A stretch of DNA of 63,111 nt, the filler included, from Octopus bimaculoides (Eukaryota), in the NCBI RefSeq assembly GCF_001194135.2. It is 5 parts of 5 records of this genome, joined end to end, with 100 filler letters (N's around TTAATTAATTAA, not from the genome) between each part and the next. Parts side by side here need not be neighbours in the genome. Positions count along the whole stretch, not along the records: positions 21,339 to 31,306 come from NC_068982.1; positions 31,407 to 57,136 come from NC_068987.1; 3 more parts are not named here. One strand, written 5' to 3'. Shown here piece after piece: positions 25,701 to 38,816 of the stretch. The position numbers and the translations under genes were made by a program. Numbering within the stretch: the first letter of the stretch is position 1; every line of letters starts with the position of its first letter. The notes below the pieces were generated by a model. The model saw only the letters and a list, made by a program, of their open reading frames with translations. It searched no databases and was not told where the DNA came from.

Positions 25701-25702
<2 letters not shown>

Positions 25703-26098
25703 TAAAGATCTTGAAATAGAAATTAGCAAAATGTGGAATCTGAAGACGAAAACAATACCTATTGTCATAGGTGCCCTGGGAATGACAGCGAAACGGGCTG
25801 ATTACTACCTAGCTCAGATACCAGGAAACCCCAAAATGGCTGAAGTTCAAAAGATAGTGCTCATGGGAACTGCCCATATCCTACGTAAAATACTGTCTAT
25901 GTGATCTCAAATTCTAAAGCAAACAGATAATTTTCTTATGGTTTCTTAAATATTCACTAGAACAAAACTGTACAAATACAAATATATGGTACCCTAGGCA
26001 TAACACCTACATGAACTTCTAACTTGTTGTCTCTTGAGGTCTCTGGGTGAGACTTGGATCCAACTTGTACAAATGCAAAACAAAAGTCAAACATAAAA
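25701..26098 (+). mobile_element. 5'-truncated Dong/R4-clade non-LTR retrotransposon 3' end inside an (AAT)n tract
   Basis: Uninterrupted 67-codon frame YKDLEIEISKMWNLKTKTIPIVIGALGMTAKRADYYLAQIPGNPKMAEVQKIVLMGTAHILRKILSM* (25701-25904), typical of the end of R4/Dong restriction-like endonuclease ORFs. (AAT)n on both sides. Confidence 0.8.
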
Positions 26099-26127
26099 TA
26101 ATAATAATAATAATAATGCTCCTACTG

Positions 26128-26203
<76 letters not shown>

Positions 26204-26444
26204 TAATAATTTTTTATCAATTTTTTTTCTAATTTTTGGCACAAGGCCAGCAATTTTGTAGAGAGTGGCAAGTTGGTTACATCAACCTCAGTGCTCAAGT
26301 GACATATTATTAACCCTGAAAGGCCAGAAAGCAAAGTTCACCTCAGCAGCATTTGAACTCGGAATTTAAAGCTGAAAGAAATACCACTAAGTTTGCCACT
26401 CTATAATGATGATAATAATAATAATAATAATCCTTTCTACTATA

Positions 26445-26615
26445 GGCGCAGGAGTGGCTGTGTGGTAAGTAGCTTGCTTACCAGCCACATGGTTCCAGGT
26501 TCATTCCTACTGCATGGCACCTTGGGCAAGTGTCTTCTACTATAGCCTCAGGCCAACCAAAACTTTGTGAGTGGATTTGGTAGACGGAAACTGAAAGAAG
26601 CCCATAGTATGTATG

Positions 26616-26660
<45 letters not shown>

Positions 26661-26897
26661 GTATATGTGTGTATATGTTTGTGTGTCTGTGTTTGTTCTC
26701 CCCAAGATCGCTTGACAACTGATGCTAGTGTGTTTACGTCCCTGTAACTTAGCAGTTCAGTAATAGAGACCGAAAGAATAAGTACTAGGCTTACAAAGAA
26801 TAAGTCCTGGAGTTGACTTGCTCGACTAAAGGCAGGGCTCCAGCATGGCCACAGTCAAATGACTGAAACAAGTAAAAGAGTAAAAGAATAAAAGAGT
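26445..26897 (+). mobile_element. near full-length tRNA-derived CORE-like SINE (family 2); other copies ~24284-24450 +, 33760-34030 -, 47545-47905 -
   Basis: ggcgcaggagtggctgtgtggtaag...ggttccaggttcattcc head, ggcaccttgggcaagtgtcttc core, internal (TA/TG)n, tail gactgaaacaagtaaaagagtaaaagaa. Confidence 0.82.
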
Positions 26898-27115
26898 AAG
26901 CTTATTGTGTATAGTGCCTGTGTGCATTACAATTCAGTGAAAAAGGGTAAAAGAAGAGACAGAAAACACCAATAAATCAAGTAAAGAAAGACAATAATGA
27001 AAGCCAAAAGTACATGTACTCTTATAAAATCACGCAAGCAGTGAAGACATTTGATAATTAATGAATAGTAATGAGAAAATATTGTATGGCTGTGATCATT
27101 GTTGTTTCGTTTCAG

Positions 27116-27148
27116 GTCAATTCTGATTCTGATTATGTAGACCTGTAA
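27116..27148 (+). CDS. candidate short terminal coding exon (VNSDSDYVDL*), gene assignment uncertain
   Basis: Good acceptor (gttgtttcgtttcag), phase-0 reading ends in TAA, with AATAAA motifs near 27.6-27.7 kb. No homology recognised. Confidence 0.25.
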   Translation, partial: VNSDSDYVDL

Positions 27149-27817
27149 TCAAAAGTAATTCTAGCCATGGCCATCCATCCTTCCCTTGGACGTTACATAT
27201 CTAGGATTACATTATCCAGTGTAACCTTCCTTTTAACAAGATGCTTGTGTGTAATATGATTGAGATTTGACTGCTATTTCTAGTGGGGTCGAATGAGTAC
27301 ATGAACATTCCCATATTGGCTCATAAGCCTGTGGTAAGTTTGTTAGCAAAGTCATATGGTGAATGTTTTCTTATGGTATTGTCTAATGGCCAAATATAAA
27401 CCTGATATCTTTATTACTTCTCATAGGTTAGTTCGAGATTATGATTCATGTGTATACTTTGGGGGTTCCTTATATTTAAACAAAGGATCAGTATCTGCAC
27501 AATTACTATTTTTATCCACTGTTATTCTTCCTCATTTCCTGATGTAGTCCATGTTTATTACATCCTTTGCAGCCAGTCAATAAACTACTTCCATGTGAAC
27601 CAATAAACATAATACAATAAAAATACCTACAACATACAATGTTGCATTTTTTTCTGTCATTGATTTGAACTCTGTCCAAACTGAAACCATACAGTTTGAT
27701 GTGACTCTGGAATAAAATATCATTTTATTAGTCTCTATATAATTAGATCAGTTTATTTATTTAGAATTTACATGCAACTTTATTTTTCTGAACTGCTTTA
27801 CATCAAAATTCATAATA

Positions 27818-27851
<34 letters not shown>

Positions 27852-27855
<4 letters not shown>

Positions 27856-28262
27856 GCGAGCTGGCAGAAATGTTAGCACACCGGGAGAAATGCTTAGCGG
27901 TATTTCGTCTGCTGCTATGTTCTGAGTTCAAATTCTACCGAGGTCAACTTTGCCTTTCATCCTTTCAGGGTTGATTAAATAAGTACCAGTTATGCACTGG
28001 GGTCGATATAATCAACTTAATCCATTTGTCTGTCCCTGTTTGTCCCCTCTGTGTGTAGTCCCTTGTGGGCAGTAAAGAAATAAGAAATGTTAGCATGCCA
28101 AGCAAGATGTACAGCAGTATATCTGTCTTTACATTCTGAGTTCAAATTCCGCCAGGGCCAACTTTGCCTTTCATCCTTTAGGGTCAATAAATTAAGTACC
28201 AGATGTATACTGGGGTTGATCTAATCAACTAGCCCCATTGCCAAAAATTTTGGGCCTTGTGC
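27852..28262 (+). mobile_element. two tandem tRNA-derived SINEs (family 1)
   Basis: ggcagcgagctggcagaaatgttagcacaccggg...gcctttcatcctttcaggg...gtgggcagtaaagaaataag, followed by a second copy from ~28085. Confidence 0.85.
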
Positions 28263-29283
28263 CTAGAGTAGAAAAGAATATTCCAAAGAAAGTAGAGTGG
28301 TGAAAATGACAATGCACCAGATGCATTTTAATTTTGTTATTCTATAATCTGAGTTCAAATCTGGCCAAGATCTGTTTTGTAGTCAAGTGATCTATAAAAT
28401 CAGAACCGAGCAAATATTACAAGTGATTTAAACATCTACATTTTGGTTCTTATAGTTTTGTCACTAGAGAAAAAAAAATCAATATTTTGAACAACTATTT
28501 TATAAAAATATAACAGTTATAAATAATACAAAGAATATATTTCCTTCTAATCTTTCATAGAAACCTTTAAGATATTAAGTTGTATTATGTGTTTCGATTT
28601 AAACCTCTTTAAATATATTAAAATGATTTGGAAAATTTCAAAACTACTCAGACAATAACAATTTTGTAAATAACTGACTATTGATGCAATAACCATAATG
28701 GCATTTATTCTTATTATTTCATCTGTAATATTTTGCGTGCTTATAAGGGTCATTTAAAGATAAAATTGAACGGTATAGTTTACACTCCACCCCACCACAT
28801 ACACGAACAGACACACACTCGTATTTATGAGTTTTCTTTTTGCTTTGTTGTAATTTCTTCCATTTCCTCTTTATTCCAATGGCCTTAGAAGATTTGCTAC
28901 TTTATAACAAATGCACTTCTAATATAGAGATATTTCATCTCGTTATTAATAGGCATTATGCCACTTATTTCTTTTAGAGCTATCAATGACATGTTTGAAA
29001 CAGATAATGGAATTCCTGATGATGTATTTATGATAATAATGAGTACTTACTAAGATACATTATCTATGAAACAAATCACCAGGGTATCCATATATTTTAC
29101 ATCACAACTGAATTTCCCTTCTTCTTTTTTAAATTTTACAATAATGAGATTAAACATTTTGAAGAAATATTACAATTATGTTGCAGTCAAAAGAAATATT
29201 ACTATTATATTGAAATCAAAACAAAATATCTATTTTGTACTAAATTCAAACTTACCAGAAGTATAACATTTGGAAAAAGAAAT

Positions 29284-29323
<40 letters not shown>

Positions 29324-31406
29324 AATTTGCTTTATTATAATATTCTTACAATATACAACTGTTTCTCTAAAAATGATGAGTACAATTTTTTTTCCCACAA
29401 AGAATATTTTGATATTCATAATCAAAAATTTTATTGTTTGTCAGTATCTTTGTATTTAGTTTGGCATCTTAGAATATTGTTTCTTTACAATCACATCAAA
29501 ATGAATGTAGTTAGTAAAAGTCTCAATAAAATAGCATTATTTCATTCATCTTACATAAAAGGAAAGATAATTGAATGTACTGAATAATTTCCAATCTAAT
29601 CAATAATTAACGACAATAGAGTAATTCAGTATTGATTTATGCTGGAACATATTCTTCATTATTTTATGATATTTCAGAAATCAATTTAACATAAATTTTT
29701 TTCTTTGTCAATCCAAGTAGAAATTTCAAGGAGAATATTGATTGGTTGACTCTCTGCTGAATATACCAATTATTAATTAGCTTTTATATTTGAAAAAGTA
29801 TATGATGTAAATGTTTTCTAAATTATAATACCTGTCAGATATTATCAATTTGAATGAATTATATTCAATTAATGTAAATGTTATGAAAAATTTTTTTTTT
29901 CTATTTCTTATAGATGGAAATAAAGTTTTATATAAATTATAACATTTGTTTGTTCTTTTTTCTCATTTTTGTTAAATTTTATTGTATGTAAAAATTTTTG
30001 GAATTTGTATTTTAGAGATGGATTCTGTTTCTAATGTTATACACCATATTTATGAGAAGAGAGAAATAAAACAATGCGATATACCTTATTTAAGAGTTTG
30101 ATGGTGTGTCTGTAGTAAATGTTTAACTCATGATATACTGTTCAGACATTTGGTGCCCAGAAAGCCCCTTCTACACCATTGGCACTTTCAAAACCATTCC
30201 TGGTTTCAGAATAGTATGACTATATTATTTTGTTTTAATCAACTCTAGTCTCAGTGTAATATAGTATAACTCTCATACTGTTACCAGTATTTATGTTTTG
30301 TAATATTTTCATTTAATTAACTCTTTCCAAACTGCATTGCAGCTGTTTGTTCTGTATAATATAGTAAATACAATTAAATAAGACTAAAAAAGGAAAAAAG
30401 TTTTAATTAAACTTGGAAAAATATAATTTTTGAGGAATGCATTGAAAGAACTGTGGTGTACTGCAAAAAGGAAAACAAAACAAAACATAAACATGGTAAA
30501 TTGAGTGCAAAACAATATAATCAAACATTGAGAGACTTGGTTTGGCTTCCCTCCTATGAAGCTTTATCCATTGAAAAGCTTACAATAAACCTCTGGGCAG
30601 AGGATAATATTTGCCAAAAATATCAACAGACACAAAATAAAGTCAGGTGAAAAAGTGACTGAGTGAACTAAAAATATTAATTAGTACTGGTAGGCCTTTT
30701 AAAATGTAAAAAGGTAAAAATGGTTTATAAATGTAGAGTAAATTAGAAGTTAGTATTTGAGTAATTTCTTTAAAATATTGTCATCACAAGGTGCCGATAT
30801 GTGTATACATGTATGTATACCCTTAGCTTTTATCATTTAGTTGTTTTAGTCATAAGGTTGTGACCATGCTGGGGCACCATGTTGAAGAACTTTTAGTTGA
30901 CTGAATCAAGCCCAGCACTTATTTTTTTTTTATAGCATGTTACTTGTTTTATTGGTCTCCTTAGACAAATCGCTAAGTTGTAAGTTTGTAAACAAACCAA
31001 CATCAGTTTTCAATTAGTGGTGAGTAACAATAAAAAAACACACACACACAGACATATGCATACTCACACACACACACACACAAACACACAGACACACAGT
31101 ACCTGTCTTTGAAGACTCATATTGTCATTGAATGCTCAAAAGGAAGAGTAGACAGACAGCTGACAACTGATGAAGGGTCCTTTCCTTGTGTTTACTTGTC
31201 CTATTTTCCATTTCTTCTGTTGTTTACATATTTAACTTGTTTGTGTTACATATTTCATGTTGTTTGCCCAGATGGTGACGTCCTGTACCCATATATGTAT
31301 ATATATNNNNNNNNNNNNNNNNNNNNNNNNNNNNNNNNNNNNNNNNNNNNTTAATTAATTAANNNNNNNNNNNNNNNNNNNNNNNNNNNNNNNNNNNNNN
31401 NNNNNN

Positions 31407-31600
31407 AAAACACCAGGACTTACAAATATATATAACATACAGAAAATTGCACTACTGGGTACTGCACACATTCTACGCAAAACACTTTCAATACAGTAAC
31501 CATAAGAGCACCACAGCAAACCACAGCACATACCCAAGGCGCACAGAGCTGCGCTCGGTAGTGAAGTGAAAGCACGTTATAAAAATAAAACTACTGAACA
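31407..31600 (+). mobile_element. second Dong/R4-like 3' end followed by (AAT)n
   Basis: TPGLTNIYNIQKIALLGTAHILRKTLSIQ* (stop at 31497-31499). Its 3' UTR differs from the 25.7 kb copy. Confidence 0.72.
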
Positions 31601-31651
31601 ATAATAATAATAATGATAATAATAATAATAATAATAATAATAATATTGTTG

Positions 31652-31707
<56 letters not shown>

Positions 31708-33150
31708 AGAAATAAGTATTATCACATGCAGTATGTTGTACAGACAGTCACTTAGTTCTCCTAGAGCCATTGTTCATCGTATTTGTGATTATGATCCCGG
31801 ATTTGACAGCTATCAGAAACTTTCCCAAGTTTTCAGTATACAGCAGTATAATTTATTATGAAATATGTCAGTTCTCAAAGAGACTCTTACCCTTCATTTG
31901 AAGTTACTGTACGCTTATGAACCTCTCTACTATAAACATAAGATACAAAACAGGATGATAAAAATATTTGTGCATAAACAATGTCATTTGCAATTATTCT
32001 AATATAATGTGATAAACCTTTGAAAAAGATAATCAAATGCAAGTTAAAACTTTGGCTTGCGTTATCTTTTAGCTATTAGGTAGTCGATGTTCTAGTAATT
32101 CACGAGATAAACTATGTAAGTCAAATAGTATTCAAAAGCGCTCTCTCGCTATATAAATCTACATTAAACGACGTAACAAAAGAAATATGTACACAGTGAC
32201 AGTCATAAATTAATAGAATAAAAATTTGCAACTTTCTTTTATTCCTTTTCTTTTACAAACCCAATGTATAATGGCAAATCCTTATAATTTTGATGTTATT
32301 GAAGGAGGCCCTATGACGGAAAATTAAGAAAAGAGGGTAGGAGCAGTTCAATCTTTTAAGGAGTGTAATCAATGTGATGTTAATTTTCGTCTCAATATTC
32401 AAAATTTTCAATGAACTGAAAATTACTGATTGATAGAAACTTGACCGGATCGGACAAAATGGCTAACGTCATCTGTTATATATAGCTTCTTATTTTCGGA
32501 GATGAAATCTTGTGGAAAATTTGCCGATCATAACTACTAATCGATTTTGAAATAACGTAGCAGACATATACTTGTGTTTATTTAATCGATTGACAATAGA
32601 GTTTGCTCCCAGGTTCTTGCAAACCAGATACCGTAGCTGATAACTTCATGTCACTTGTTCTTAAAATGAAACTCAGTGCCTGTAATCTTTTACTGAGATG
32701 TAACGATTCACGTGTTTATGAAAGGTAAACTCGTGAATCAATAAGATATTGTGTCCAATGCAAAACAACATAGTCAGGAGATAGCGGCGAAAATCCACTG
32801 CAGTGGATTCTCACTTGTTGAAGGAACTGAGAGCCCAAGGCAATGTTATATAAGAGAAGACAATACACAACTACATTGTCTAATGTTCTTTCTTTTCTTT
32901 GTTTTTGCAATAATTGAGTTTCAGGGATATTTGACTTCATTTTACCATCCGAAGTATCAATTTAACGGGCTTCCTACTAGATTTATGTGAGATATTTTAG
33001 ACGTGAAATAAACACTGCTTAGATAAATGTTATTGTAAAAGTATATGGGGTTTAACAACACTAGTCATTAAATATATATCTAATCGGAATGAATTAAAGT
33101 TGTACTAAATAGCATTGTATGATATATAGTGATGTACTGTTTTGTATAAC

Positions 33151-33195
<45 letters not shown>

Positions 33196-35469
33196 NNNNN
33201 NNNNNNNNNNNNNNNNNNNNNNNNNNNNNNNNNNNNNNNNNNNNNNNNNNNNNNNNNNNNNNNNNNNNNNNNNNNNNNNNNNNNNNNNNNNNNNNNNNNN
33301 NNNNNNNNNNNNNNNNNNNNNNNNNNNNNNNNNNNNNNNNNNNNNNNNNNNNNNNNNNNNNNNNNNNNNNNNNNNNNNNNNNNNNNNNNNNNNNNNNNNN
33401 NNNNNNNNNNNNNNNNNNNNNNNNNNNNNNNNNNNNNNNNNNNNNNNNNNNNNNNNNNNNNNNNNNNNNNNNNNNNNNNNNNNNNNNNNNNNNNNNNNNN
33501 NNNNNNNNNNNNNNNNNNNNNNNNNNNNNNNNNNNNNNNNNNNNNNNNNNNNNNNNNNNNNNNNNNNNNNNNNNNNNNNNNNNNNNNNNNNNNNNNNNNN
33601 NNNNNNNNNNNNNNNNNNNNNNNNNNNNNNNNNNNNNNNNNNNNNNNNNNNNNNNNNNNNNNNNNNNNNNNNNNNNNNNNNNNNNNNNNNNNNNNNNNNN
33701 NNNNNNNNNNNNNNNNNNNNNNNNNNNNNNTATATATATATATATATAATTTATGCTTTATTCTTTTCACTCATAAGAGTGCAGCCATGCTGGGTCACAA
33801 GTTTGCAGAATTTTCTTCATACGAATCGATCCCAGTACTTACTATTTTTTGTAAAGCCTGGTACTCATTCTATGAGTATTTTTGGCCCAACCGCTAGGTT
33901 ATGAGCAGTGGTGGAGGACAAACACACACTGAAAAACAGACGCACACGTATATATATACGTAGGGCTTCTTTCAGCTTCCGTCCATCAACTACACTCACA
34001 CGATTCACATGTGAACTGCTATTGGTTTTACGCGTCTTATAAAAGAATGGTCGGACAAGCGTACCGCGTATTTTCAGGTAATCATTCATACTCAAAATGC
34101 AATATGGCTGCTCTCTGACGAAAGCGAGAAAAACGAGACAAAAGGGAAGGAAGGAGTAAAAGAAAAAGCGGGTAAGATAAATAAGAAAACAAAAATGCAT
34201 AGAGGAGACGGAGATAATAATTGAGTTCCTTTGGCCCATTAGAATGGCAGTTTATATGATTAGTGTAATTAATTGAACTGGATAAACTTAATGTTTGTAA
34301 GATGGTATGCACAATCTGAAGAAGGTGCTGCTTTCCAGTTCAAGGGTAGAAATGTATTCAGGTGCTTACAATTAGTAACATTTTCGGATTAAAAATTTAG
34401 TACTGTCTATAGAGTTCTAAGATTTTGCCTGAGAATGAACATCACACGATACAAGCTTCTCAACCGCTGCATTATCAGAAGCATGGATCATATAGTGTCT
34501 ACTATATAAATCCTCTGTCTATGTATATCACTAGAGGAAGTATTTTTCTTTTGGATGCAATCTCGAAAGGATGAATGACAAGGATAATTTCGACGGGATT
34601 TTTTTTCAGAACGTAAAGAGACGGAAGAAATGCCGTTAAACGTTTTGTCTGACATATTTACGGCACTCTCAGCATGCCGAACTATTAAATAATTCTTTCT
34701 ACTAAAGGCAAAATTCCTGAAATTTTTGGGGAAGAAGCTAGCCGATTACATGGGCTCAAGTGCTGAACTATAACTTATACCGACACCAAAGAATGAAATT
34801 CACCCTCAGTGGAATTTGAATTCAGAACGTACAACCGGGAGAAATACCAGAAAACATTTTGCCTGAATCGTTAATACACTGACAGCTCGCCGCTTTACTA
34901 AATAATATACTAAAAACAAACGAATTGTTAGTGAACATTATTACATTACATTTTCTATCAATTGTAATTTCTCTCCATATTTAGCTTCAACGCTAATAAA
35001 ATTGTCGAAGTATGGAAAATGACTCTGGCGTCTATGATTGTATAAATCTTAAATTAGAGAATATAATTGCAGAAGCTAGATGTCAGTGGTATTCAAATAA
35101 TTTAGTGAATAAAATTTAACAAAATCATTATTTTTTATTAATGCTTAAATATATTTTAGGTCAAAAATTACAGCCATTGAATTGAATTTGTTATAGGAGT
35201 TAAATTGGGACATATCTCTTTCCTCTGATTAACGAACTAACAAATGAGAAATACGAAAACTAATTAAGTTAAAAAAACAAACCAAACTAAAGTAACTTCT
35301 CTTTTTTGTTTTGTGAATCAGGTCATAATATTGGTCACGGAGCATAAAAAGATGTGTTTTTGAAATTAAGAGTAACAACAGAAAATGAGAAATATAATTA
35401 TACAGTAACTGTTTTGAACTGACAATAGAGTTTGAAGCTGAATGCATTGGAAGATCTAACTACTTCCCA

Positions 35470-35547
<78 letters not shown>

Positions 35548-37064
35548 ATAGAGGGAGACCTAGTTAAGAAATTAGAAGAGGCACTTAGTACTGGCATCGC
35601 GTCCAATTGGAGGGATAGTAGTAATTTCATCCCTCCGATTAGATTTTATATTCTTGTTTGATTCACTAATCTGTTGAACAGCAGCACAGTCGAGATGGTA
35701 TGTTTTCTTCTCTTACTCTTGTTTTTTGCAGACATCTTCAAAATGTCTTTCTAAAATGAAATTCCATTATGTAGTTGAGGAGTACATTTTCATTGTACAT
35801 TCTATGGTGTTCTCACTACATGAATAAATGTAGCTTGTACGAAACGTACGTACTGCTATAACCTATTGAATTTTTGTTGCGTATCTTCAAATTTTATGTA
35901 TGTATGTATGTATGTATGTATATATATGCATGATGTATGTATAGCCGTATAGCCCCAATACAGATTATTGACTAAAACGAGTGGACGAATAAAGCGCTCT
36001 CTCTCACTCTCTATCACGGCATACATACATGTATACATACACACATATATACATGTGTATGTATATATATTCACATGCTTACATCTGTAATCTTATATAT
36101 GTTGATATATTCGTGCATATATTTATACACATATACATACCTAACATATATTATATTAATATAGAAACATACAATATTCCTTTAGAATGAAATTTCAGTG
36201 GACTGTTGGATATTCCAGGTTATTTAATTCATTGCATCTTTAGAGAAGGTAACTTTTTTCTCACGTAAAATTACATGCCGTAATAGAGTCACAGGGATTC
36301 GAAATTGTGTCTGATATACAATATGCATTTGTACGGGCGTGAACGACAATTTTATAAGGAATTACCGTTATGTTATATTCCGTCAAGAACGTAGAAGAGC
36401 ACAGTATGAAGTTCATCCACCTTCAGATTTCACCTGGGGCTCTCCAGTAGTAGTATTATACGTACTGCCAGATGTGTTGGGGCTTCTGTAGTGTGTGAAT
36501 TAAATAAGAGTACCACGTTGCGTGGAAACAATTGTAGTGATTACAAATAGATGTTCAACTACACTTTCTTGTTGACTCCAACTTATTCAATTATATATAC
36601 ATACATAGATATATTTATATGTGTGTTTTTCCACGATGTGTGGGAATATGTAGCACCAAGATCAAATTTGATATTTCATTTCTAAGAACGTTTCGCTATT
36701 CTTTTAAATACGCCATAATACATATATGCATACATTCGTACACCCCCCCCCACACGCACATACATATATATACACACAAACACAAATACACAAACACACA
36801 CATACTTGTGAGCTTCCGTACGCATATACTTATATGGAGATAAAAGTAATGACACGAGAACGCAAGTATACGTATAAATATTTGCATTGGTATATATAAA
36901 TATATGTACTTGTACCGTTTTACAGATTTTTTTCCATTTTTCCAGAGCATTAAGCTAACATACGCTGTTCGATACTCTTTCAACTCTCATTATGTTATAT
37001 ATATACGGATTAGATAGATAGATATATTTGAATATAATATGCGTGGATACATATACTCGGAAAT

Positions 37065-37100
<36 letters not shown>

Positions 37101-37177
37101 NNNNNNNNNNNNNNNNNNNNNNNNNNNNNNNNNATATATATATTAATGCATTTACGCTTATAAATTACCTATATAGA

Positions 37178-37221
<44 letters not shown>

Positions 37222-37228
37222 GTATGTA

Positions 37229-37264
<36 letters not shown>

Positions 37265-38384
37265 ATGACATGCAATAAAAGCTATGCTTATAACACAACT
37301 GGGGCCAATTAGTCTTTTTCTTACGCGTAACATGTTAGCATAAAAATATCTGTAACGAAAATAACGTAAGAAATGCCGTCATTAGATCATGCAGCAGGAA
37401 TATTAATGAGTGATGATCAGAAGCGTAGGTCTATGATAACCTTCTCTATAATTACAGTGATATCAAATTAGAAATACTACTTATGTCTCGATTCTGCAAA
37501 TTGACTGGATATTTTTTCTGTTATATATCTTTTTTTATATATATATATTAATGCATCAGATTTATTATGTAGTATATGAACTTATTTTTTAAAAATTCTT
37601 CGTATCAACTATTCTAATATTTAATTTTATATTTTATATTTCCACTGCATGATCTAATGATTTTAGTTTTTTTCTATATATCTTATTTGCACACACATTC
37701 ACACACACGCGCACACGTACACACACATGCACATAGAGACTGATGTTAGTACATGTACATATATGTATGTACATATATATATATATATATATANNNNNNN
37801 NNNNNNNNNNNNNNNNNNNNNNNNNNNNNNNNNNNNNNNNNNNNNNNNNNNNNNNNNNNNNNNNNNNNNNNNNNNNNNNNNNNNNNNNNNNNNNNNNNNN
37901 NNNNNNNNNNNNNNNNNNNNNNNNNNNNNNNNNNNNNNNNNNNNNNNNNNNNNNNNNNNNNNNNNNNNNNNNNNNNNNNNNNNNNNNNNNNNNNNNNNNN
38001 NNNNNNNNNNNNNNNNNNNNNNNNNNNNNNNNNNNNNNNNNNNNNNNNNNNNNNNNNNNNNNNNNNNNNNNNNNNNNNNNNNNNNNNNNNNNNNNNNNNN
38101 NNNNNNNNNNNNNNNNNNNNNNNNNNNNNNNNNNNNNNNNNNNNNNNNNNNNNNNNNNNNNNNNNNNNNNNNNNNNNNNNNNNNNNNNNNNNNNNNNNNN
38201 NNNNNNNNNNNNNNNNNNNNNNNNNNNNNNNNNNNNNNNNNNNNNNNNNNNNNNNNNNNNNNNNNNNNNNNNNNNNNNNNNNNNNNNNNNNNNNNNNNNN
38301 NNNNNNNNNNNNNNNNNNNNNNNNNNNNNNNNNNNNNNNNNNNNNNNNNNNNNNNNNNNNNNNNNNNNNNNNNNNNNNNNNNNN

Positions 38385-38418
<34 letters not shown>

Positions 38419-38678
38419 ATATACAATTATATCTGCACATACACACATATACATATACAGACGCATACATATGTCAACGTGTTTGCGTTTGTGCTTGTGC
38501 ATGTGTAGGTGTGTCCGTATCTTTCTAGCGATCAACGATCTCCCAATCAAAGTATGATCTGTCTCCGTCACTGTTTATCCTATATGTTGTATATGTACAC
38601 ACGCACGCACCCGTACACCGACCCTCAAAAATATCTACAAACATATGCGTATGCTGTGTACATGTTTTTATACATATC

Positions 38679-38715
<37 letters not shown>

Positions 38716-38767
38716 GTGTGAGAATGTGCGTCTGTGTGTATTTAATGGTATACATTATATGTGTGTG

Positions 38768-38816
<49 letters not shown>

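Noticed and set aside
27823-27851. A29 run as a processed-pseudogene tail
   Set aside because: No upstream retrocopy or target-site duplication identified; it abuts a SINE 5' end.
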